Positions 57,657-64,000 of a DNA stretch of 64,000 nucleotides are shown here, piece after piece; position 1 is the stretch's first letter, and every line of letters starts with the position of its first letter. The notes under the pieces were generated by a model. That model was not told the origin of the DNA and did no database searches. It saw nothing but the letters and a program-made list of their open reading frames with translations. Origin of the DNA: Candidatus Sericytochromatia bacterium (lineage in GTDB: Bacteria > Cyanobacteriota > Sericytochromatia > S15B-MN24 > UBA4093); NCBI GenBank assembly GCA_036676985.1, contig JAKFBU010000067.1, positions 15,706 through 79,705 on the forward strand, read 5' to 3'. The position numbers and the translations under genes are program-made.

Positions 57657-57782
57657 CGGCCGTTTCCGTCCCCGCGAGGGCCGGCGCCATTCGCGCCGGC
57701 CCTTACGCATGCGGCGTCGTCCGCCCCTGAACGTCCGAGGCGCCACGTGGCGCGCCTCCTTGCCCTGTGAGACAATGCCGGA

Positions 57783-58727
57783 ATGAGCAAGCGCCACCAT
57801 ACGTCGATCGCCCCGCCCATCATCTGGGGCAGCATCCTCATCGCCATCTGCCTGGCGCTCATCACGCTGTGGAACGTGGTGATCGTCCTGGACTACATGC
57901 ACCTCAAGAAGCTCGCCGACGAGCAGGTGGCACTCGGGGCCGGACGCTGGGTCATCCTCGCCCTCGGGTGCGTGCTGTTCGTGGGCGTCCTGGTGGGCCT
58001 CATCCTCTTTCTCGTGAGCCTGGTCAAGCAGATCCGGCTCAACCGCGCCCAGCAGAATTTCATCGACAGCGTCACCCACGAGCTCAAGACCCCGCTCACG
58101 TCCTTGAAGCTGCATCTGCAGACCCTCGAGCGGGGGCGCGTCCCGGCCGAGCGACACGGCGAGTTTCACCTGGTCATGCTCCATGACGTGGAGCGCCTGA
58201 GCGCCCTGCTCGATCACGTCCTGCAGGCGGCGCGCCTGGAGCGGCACGAGCCCGCCCAGCTGCAGCGCCTCGAGGTGCGCGCCATCCTGCACGAGGTGGC
58301 CGAGGCGGTGCGCGAACGCTACGATCTACCCGACGGCGCCCTCGCGGTGGACGGGCCGGAGGCCTCGGTCATGTCGGATCCTGGGGCCCTGCGGATCGTC
58401 TTCCTCAACCTCATGGACAACGCCGTGAAGTACTCGACCGAGCGGATCGAGGTCACGGCCCAGGTCGTGCCGCGCCCGACCGGAGGGGCCGTCGTGAAGG
58501 TCCGCGACCGGGGCGTCGGCCTCGCGCCGCGCGAGCTCAAGCGCGTCTTCCACCGGTTCTACCGGGTGGGCAACGAGATGACCCGGAGCCGGCCCGGCAC
58601 GGGTCTCGGCCTCTACATCGTCCGCGAGACGCTTGCCGCCCTGGGCGGGCACATCACGGCGGACAGCGACGGGGTGGGGGCGGGCTCGACATTCGTCGTC
58701 ACGCTACCGGGAGAGCAAGATGCCTAA
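57783..58727 (+). CDS. Sensor histidine kinase, two TM helices with a short loop
   Basis: VTHELKTPL, NLMDNAVKYS, DRGVG, FHRFYR, GTGLGL. Confidence 0.94.
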   Translation: MSKRHHTSIAPPIIWGSILIAICLALITLWNVVIVLDYMHLKKLADEQVALGAGRWVILALGCVLFVGVLVGLILFLVSLVKQIRLNRAQQNFIDSVTHELKTPLTSLKLHLQTLERGRVPAERHGEFHLVMLHDVERLSALLDHVLQAARLERHEPAQLQRLEVRAILHEVAEAVRERYDLPDGALAVDGPEASVMSDPGALRIVFLNLMDNAVKYSTERIEVTAQVVPRPTGGAVVKVRDRGVGLAPRELKRVFHRFYRVGNEMTRSRPGTGLGLYIVRETLAALGGHITADSDGVGAGSTFVVTLPGEQDA

Positions 58728-59418
58728 CATACTCTTGGTCGAGGACGAGGCGCACATCGCCAACGGCCTCGTCTTCAACCTGGAACTCGAAGGTCACGCC
58801 GTCACGCTCGTGCGCGACGGCCTCGAGGCCAAGCAACTCCTGGTGGACGTACGCCGGGAATTCGACCTCATCATCCTGGACCTGATGCTGCCCGGCATGA
58901 GCGGGCTCGACCTGTGCCGCGGCATGCGCAAGCACGGCATCTTCACGCCCGTGCTCATGCTGACGGCCCGCAGCCAGCCCAAGGAAAAGGTCGAGGGCCT
59001 GCACCTCGGGGCGGACGACTACGTCACCAAGCCCTTCAACCTGGAGGAGCTGCTCGCGCGGATCGAGACCCTGCTGCGCCGCGCCCGCTGGCAGCAACCC
59101 GCGCCGGCCGCGGGCGGAGCCGTCCTCACGTTCGGGGAGGCGCGCGTGGACTTCGATCGCTTCGAGGCCACCGTGGGGGGCGAGGAGATCAAGCTCACGC
59201 CCATCGAGTTCCAGATCCTCAGGACCTTCCAGGATCACGAGGGCAAGGTCCTGAGCCGCGAGCAGCTGCTCGAAGGGGCCTGGGGCTTCACGGGACCTGC
59301 CTCCACGCGGACGGTGGACAACTTCATCATGCGGCTGCGCCGGGCCTTCGAGGCCGATCCCTCGCAGCCCCGCCACTTCCTGTCCGTACGGGGCGCAGGC
59401 TACAAGTTCGTCCGCTAG
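58720..59418 (+). CDS. OmpR/PhoB family response regulator
   Basis: LLVEDE, ILDLMLPG, LTA, GADDYVTKPF, TRTVDNFIMRLR, VRGAGYKF; overlaps the kinase. Confidence 0.95.
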   Translation: MPNILLVEDEAHIANGLVFNLELEGHAVTLVRDGLEAKQLLVDVRREFDLIILDLMLPGMSGLDLCRGMRKHGIFTPVLMLTARSQPKEKVEGLHLGADDYVTKPFNLEELLARIETLLRRARWQQPAPAAGGAVLTFGEARVDFDRFEATVGGEEIKLTPIEFQILRTFQDHEGKVLSREQLLEGAWGFTGPASTRTVDNFIMRLRRAFEADPSQPRHFLSVRGAGYKFVR

Positions 59419-59530
59419 GCGGTCCTGTCGCGCGGCGGCTTCATCTGACGGCAATCTTTGGGTGATCTGTCCTTGACGCTCGCTCGATAGTCTGGAGAGC
59501 ATCCGGAGGACGCCCCAGAAGGAGGAAGCC

Positions 59531-59668
59531 GTGAGCCAGGAAGTCGTCGAGCATCCCAAGCCGGCCGCCGAGCCCCGGCAGCCCGAGGCTCCCGAATCGG
59601 CCGCCATGAGCATCTACGAGCACTTCATGGGCCTGCAGCGCCTGCGGGGGTGGATGCGTAGCAACTAG
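59531..59668 (+). CDS. Small protein (45 aa) below the ORF-track cutoff
   Basis: AAGGAGGA RBS, GTG start; MSQEVVEHPKPAAEPRQPEAPESAAMSIYEHFMGLQRLRGWMRSN; followed by a terminator. Confidence 0.6.
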   Translation: MSQEVVEHPKPAAEPRQPEAPESAAMSIYEHFMGLQRLRGWMRSN

Positions 59669-59683
59669 CCAGTAGCACGTTCG

Positions 59684-59710
59684 AGGGGCGCCCGGTCGGG
59701 CGCCCCTTTT
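59684..59710 (+). terminator. Intrinsic terminator
   Basis: aggggcgccc-ggtc-gggcgcccct followed by ttt. Confidence 0.75.
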
Positions 59711-59963
59711 ACTTTGCGCTCGCCAGGGTGGACTGGAGCGTCTGCGCCAGGGCATCGAGGCTGATGCCGCCGCTCAACAGCAGGCTCGTGGCCAGGCTGA
59801 TACCGGTCTGGCGCCGCAGCGATAGGGCGGTCTTTACCTGCTGTCGATCGACGAGGCCCTCGCGCAAGAGGACCTTGACGAGCTGCATGTCTTCCAGTTG
59901 CTGCTCGATGCGACCTTTCAGCGCCGTCCTGTCCAGCCAGTCGCCCCGGGCGTGCATGTCCAT
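59709..59963 (-). CDS. Stand-alone degenerate MshEN-like protein
   Basis: QLVKVLLREGLVDRQQVKTALSLRRQTGISLATSLLLSGGISLDALAQTL follows the spacing of the tandem RLGxxLxxxGxxxxxxLxxxLxxQ motif; AAGGAG RBS. Confidence 0.6.
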   Translation of the reverse strand: MDMHARGDWLDRTALKGRIEQQLEDMQLVKVLLREGLVDRQQVKTALSLRRQTGISLATSLLLSGGISLDALAQTLQSTLASAK

Positions 59964-59985
59964 GCGTCACTCTCCTTGCCGTGCG

Positions 59986-60786
59986 TCAGGGAATCGGGCT
60001 GGAAGCGATCCACATGGTCGCTCGTCGGGGAGCCGGATCCGCCTTGCAGAGCGGGATGGTGAACGTGAAGGTCGTGCCGACCTGGAGCTGGCTTTCCACC
60101 TCGATGCTGCCCCCGTGGGCCTGGACGAGGTGGCGGGCGATCATCAGGCCGAGGCCGCTGCCGCCGCACGTGGGCTTGACCTGATAGAACCCCTTGAAGA
60201 GGTTGGGCAGGGCGTCGTGGGGGATGCCGACGCCGGTGTCCGCGACGCAGAAGGAGACAAACTCGCCGAGGCGCCGCGCCTGGATGACCACGCGCCCGCC
60301 CTCGGGCGTGAACTTGAGGGCGTTGGAGACCAGGTTGTAGAGGACCTGCTTGAGGCGCACGGGGTCCGCCTCCAAGGGCGGCAGGGCCGGCACGTCGACG
60401 CTGAGGTCGATGAGGCGCTTCTGGGCGATCGCCTCGAAGGCGTCGGCCACGGCGTAGGCCAGATCGCGGGCCTCGATTGGCTGGCAATCGAGGGTGAAGT
60501 CGCCCCGCTCCATCTTCACCAGGTCCAGGACGTCGTTGACCAGGCGCTCGATGTCATGGGCCCCCTCGCGGATCTTGGTGACGTAGCGCTGCTGGCCCTG
60601 GTTGAGGGCCCCGGCCGCGCCGTCCTCCAGGAGCTCCGCGAAGCCCATGATGATGGCGATGGGACTGCGGATCTCATGGACGATCGAGGCGAACAAGAGG
60701 TCCGCGGGGTGGTGCTCGGCGGGCGGTTGTTTGGACATGGGCAGCCACCGTTTGAACTTGTCGAGGGACGTCGCTTGCATGGCCAC
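59986..60786 (-). CDS. Cytoplasmic histidine kinase without a recognisable sensor domain
   Basis: IVHEIRSP, QVLYNLVSNALKF, ADTGVGI, FYQ, GSGLGL; H-box about 35 aa from the start; no TM. Confidence 0.9.
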   Translation of the reverse strand: MAMQATSLDKFKRWLPMSKQPPAEHHPADLLFASIVHEIRSPIAIIMGFAELLEDGAAGALNQGQQRYVTKIREGAHDIERLVNDVLDLVKMERGDFTLDCQPIEARDLAYAVADAFEAIAQKRLIDLSVDVPALPPLEADPVRLKQVLYNLVSNALKFTPEGGRVVIQARRLGEFVSFCVADTGVGIPHDALPNLFKGFYQVKPTCGGSGLGLMIARHLVQAHGGSIEVESQLQVGTTFTFTIPLCKADPAPRRATMWIASSPIP

Positions 60787-61083
60787 CTACTTGATGCAGA
60801 TCCGAACGGTCGTTTGTTTACAATAGTTCATTAATAAACGTTTACATGTCTTATTCTAGCCTGCTCGTCCGGCTTGTCAATATTCGCCCAAGACCCGTGG
60901 CCATCAGGCGCTAGGCACTCGGGACCCACGGCCGCGATCCCCTTGGGGCGACCGTTGGGCGCGCCGGTGAGCAGGATCGGCTGCCGGGACCTGGATCGCC
61001 CCTGGGGCGTGTTGCAAAACTTCACGAAAAATGGTTGATTTAAGCGAGCGGCGGTTGTGCAGGGCCACAGGAGCGAGACCACC

Positions 61084-62205
61084 ATGCAGCCACAGGGTCG
61101 AATGGCGACGGACGAAACGGAAGGCCGACTCCCGCGGGAAGCGACCCTCTGGCAGCCCATCGGGCCGTTTGCCGCCGAGGCGTCCCGGCCCTGGAACGAG
61201 CGCTTCAACGAGGCGCTGGAGCAGTGCCGGGCCGGCGATCGCCCGGTCATGGTGCTCTACTTGTGGGGCGACTGGGCGCGGATCGGAGCCAAGTCCCCGC
61301 ACCCGTACTTCCTGAGCGCCCTGATGGCCCAGGCCCTGCGCCCATGCGACCTCATCATCGAGATGGCGCGCGAGACCTTCCTCCTGGTCCTGCCTGGCGT
61401 GACGGCCTCGTCGGCCCCCCAGACCATCCAGCGGCTGGTCGCGGATCTGGCACTGCTCGCCCCGGAGCTCGCCATTCCGCGTTCGGACCTGCCCATCGCC
61501 ATGGTCGTCCTGCGCCGCGATCCCGGTCCGGAGGCCCTCCGCGAGGTGGCCTTCGAGGCGGCGGCCCACACCCAGCTCGGGCCCATCGCGCTCGGGGCCG
61601 TGGTCCTCGAGGCGTCGGACCTCCGGCCGGCAGTCCCCCTGGTGCCCGACCTCCCCATCTGGGTCCAGCCCCGGAGCGGCCGGGTCGTCTCCGCCCGCCT
61701 GACGGTCGTGACGCACGGAGGCTTCCAGTTCGAGACCGACACGGACGAGGAGATGCCAAAGGCTCCCGAGTCGTTCGCGCTGAGCTGCGAGCTGCCCTGC
61801 GATCAGCTGCACTGGCAGTCGTTTTGTCGCCCGCATCCCGAGTTGCCGCGCACGTGGCAGGCCCTCTGGCCCGACCGGATCGACCAGATCCCACGCCGCC
61901 GCTCGGTGCGCCATGCCCTCAGGTGGGGACTCGAGCTCGGCAACGCGGCCGGCTACACCCTCAACCTCAGCGAGGGCGGCTTTCACGCCGTCATCCCGAC
62001 CGGGGCCGCGGCCGGCGTGGAGTTTCGCTGGGGACGGCTCTTGCCGCCGGACGAGGCCCCCATCGCGTGCATGGTCCAGATCGTCCGCAACGTCCCGCAT
62101 CGCTCCGTGGGCAAGCGCCTCATCCATGCCCGCTTCATCCGGCTGGCGTCCGACGACCAGCAGCGACTGGCGCACCTGCTCGCCGCGGCGGCCGCTCGCG
62201 CGTAG
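61084..62205 (+). CDS. Degenerate GGDEF-like plus PilZ domain protein
   Basis: N-terminal LRPCDLIIEMARETFLLVLP (GGDEF region, motif lost); C-terminal RRSVR...NLSEGG PilZ motifs; start uncertain. Confidence 0.7.
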   Translation: MQPQGRMATDETEGRLPREATLWQPIGPFAAEASRPWNERFNEALEQCRAGDRPVMVLYLWGDWARIGAKSPHPYFLSALMAQALRPCDLIIEMARETFLLVLPGVTASSAPQTIQRLVADLALLAPELAIPRSDLPIAMVVLRRDPGPEALREVAFEAAAHTQLGPIALGAVVLEASDLRPAVPLVPDLPIWVQPRSGRVVSARLTVVTHGGFQFETDTDEEMPKAPESFALSCELPCDQLHWQSFCRPHPELPRTWQALWPDRIDQIPRRRSVRHALRWGLELGNAAGYTLNLSEGGFHAVIPTGAAAGVEFRWGRLLPPDEAPIACMVQIVRNVPHRSVGKRLIHARFIRLASDDQQRLAHLLAAAAARA

Positions 62206-62317
62206 CCTTCCGGTCCCCTACAATGGGAGTGCGCCTCGCGACGGGCGGCCCGGTGGCCGCCGACTGACGGCTTCACGCCCGCCAACGACCTGATGGGGCG
62301 CTTGCTTGGAGAGCCCC

Positions 62318-63319
62318 ATGGCCACTGTCCCTGTCGCCCTGACGCCTGGAGATCCCGCCGGGATCGGCCCCGAGATCACCGCTCGCTTCCTCTTGGACCT
62401 GCCTCCGGGCGGCATTCGTCCGGTCGTCTTCGGCGATCGCCGCGTCATGGCCCGGGCGGCTGCGATCTTCGGAGCCGAGCTGCCCTGGGTGCCCGTCCGG
62501 GAGGCCGCGGAGGCCCGCCGGCTGGGACCGTCCGAGGTCGGGCTCTTTGAGGTCCCCTGGGAGGCGCCCGAGCTGCCCGAATGGGGGGGCATGGCCGCCG
62601 CGAGCGGCGCCTACGCCTACCGGGTCCTGGAGGGCGTCGCGCCCTTTCTCGCCGACGGGGCCCTGCCCGGGGTCGTGACGGGGCCCATCTCCAAGGAGGC
62701 CATCCAGCTCACGCGCCCGGAGTTCATCGGCCACACCGAGTTCTTCGCGCAGGTCGGAAAGAGCGATCGCTTCGGCATGCTGCTGGTGGTGCATCCCCTG
62801 CGCGCCATCCACGTCACGGCGCACGTCCCCTTTGCCCGGGTCCCGGAGTGCCTCACGCGCGCGCGCATCGAGGAGACCATCGACCTGGCGGCCCTCAGCC
62901 TCCGGCGCCTGGGCGAGCCCGCGGGCGCCATCGCCGTCTGCGGCCTCAACCCGCACGCGGGCGAGGGCGGCCGGTTCGGCATGGAAGAGCGAGAGCTCAT
63001 CCTGCCCGCGGTGGAGGCCGCCCGGGCGCGTGGCCTGAAGGTGGTGGGCCCCCTGCCGCCGGACACCGTCTTCTACCGGGCCCTGAACGGGGAGTTCCAG
63101 GTCATCGTCTGCATGTATCACGACCAGGGCCACATCCCGCTCAAGATGTACGGCTTCGACCGGGGCGTCAACGTGACGGTCGGCTTGCCCTTCGTGCGGA
63201 CCTCGGTGGATCACGGCACGGCCTTCGAGCTCGCGGGCACCGGATCCGCCAGCATCGGGAGCCTTAAGGCCGCCTGGGAGCTTGCTGGGCAACTGGTGGC
63301 CCAAAACCTGAGCCGCTGA
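62318..63319 (+). CDS. pdxA: 4-hydroxythreonine-4-phosphate dehydrogenase family
   Basis: GDPAGIGPE, GHTE, GLNPHAGE, GPLPPDT, MYHDQG, RTSVDHGTAF. Confidence 0.93.
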   Translation: MATVPVALTPGDPAGIGPEITARFLLDLPPGGIRPVVFGDRRVMARAAAIFGAELPWVPVREAAEARRLGPSEVGLFEVPWEAPELPEWGGMAAASGAYAYRVLEGVAPFLADGALPGVVTGPISKEAIQLTRPEFIGHTEFFAQVGKSDRFGMLLVVHPLRAIHVTAHVPFARVPECLTRARIEETIDLAALSLRRLGEPAGAIAVCGLNPHAGEGGRFGMEERELILPAVEAARARGLKVVGPLPPDTVFYRALNGEFQVIVCMYHDQGHIPLKMYGFDRGVNVTVGLPFVRTSVDHGTAFELAGTGSASIGSLKAAWELAGQLVAQNLSR

Positions 63320-63519
63320 CCGAGGGTTTAGGCGCGCTTTAATAAAACTATTACTTTCCGGAAATCCGCACGGGACCTTCCTCCTCTAAGCTTGGGAGGT
63401 TCCCAAAACCCCTGTACGTGCGGTGTTTGGCTCTTTTTGCGTGGGTAAGCCGCAGTAGCGGGACGGCATTGCTGCCCGATGGCGACCCTTACCTCAAACC
63501 ACCTAAAAGGAGCCTAATC

Positions 63520-64000
63520 TTGTCTCATCTTCCACATACTTCCTCCGTACGACTCCTGGGTGCTCTGCTGGCCCTTTCGGGACTGGTGGGGTGCGCCACC
63601 CTGCCCGGCGCGACCAACGCGCCCGGTGTCACGCCACCCGACGTCACCTGGCTGAACCCGGCCATCGACGCCAGTGCCGAGGCCAAGGCCGACCAGGTCC
63701 TCGTCAAGACCAAGCAGGGACAGTCCGTCCGAGCGCTGCAGAGCCTCATGAAGGTCCAGAGCATCGAGGGGCTGCCCGGGACGGCCGTCTACTCCGTGCC
63801 GGAGGGCTCGACGGTCTCCGAGACCATCGCCAAGCTCCAGAAGGACCCCAGCGTGGTCTACGCGGAGCCCAACTACATCTACCGCGCCCTCGAGGTGAAC
63901 GCGAAGGCGACCGTGAACGACCCGATGCTCTCGAAGCTGTGGGGCTTCACCAAGATCAACATGCCCGCGGCCTGGGACGTCACGGCCGGTGACCCGAACA
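63520..64000 (+). CDS. S8 subtilisin/thermitase-like serine protease lipoprotein (5' part; runs off the window)
   Basis: Not in the ORF track; TTG after AAAAGGAG; lipobox LVGC; propeptide DPSVVYAEPNY; mature start NDPMLSKLWGFTKINMPAAWDVT. Confidence 0.88.
   Translation, partial: MSHLPHTSSVRLLGALLALSGLVGCATLPGATNAPGVTPPDVTWLNPAIDASAEAKADQVLVKTKQGQSVRALQSLMKVQSIEGLPGTAVYSVPEGSTVSETIAKLQKDPSVVYAEPNYIYRALEVNAKATVNDPMLSKLWGFTKINMPAAWDVTAGDPN

Overview
High-GC bacterial chromosomal window, densely coding, with no CRISPR array, integrase or transposase. Housekeeping and metabolic genes: tRNA-Glu(CTC), biotin carboxylase-BCCP/methylmalonyl-CoA mutase/epimerase, mutY, mutM, GH57 amylopullulanase, sdaAB-sdaAA, pgi, pfkA, moeA-moaC-mog, pdxA and a Delta-9-type desaturase. 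These are interleaved with about 13 lipoproteins, two large STAND/TPR signalling proteins (an adenylate cyclase and a MalT-like BTAD activator) and a compact clade II nitrous oxide reductase cluster. That cluster (nosB-nosZ-nosB-nosD-nosF-nosL-nosY) has a duplicated NosB, a NosL without its lipobox Cys and no electron-delivery genes. Best candidates for undescribed systems: (1) an operon of an ATP-grasp protein, a PurD paralog with rewritten catalytic loops and a small helical protein; (2) an orphan translocator/pilot-like helical-repeat protein; (3) a desaturase linked to an intramembrane-sensing OmpR-type two-component system, with four phased TGACC repeats; (4) a BTAD regulator followed by phased heptamer repeats and a three-lipoprotein operon; (5) a sensorless kinase, degenerate MshEN and degenerate-GGDEF-PilZ module. 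All calls come from motif reading by eye; no searches were run and taxonomy cannot be established from this window.
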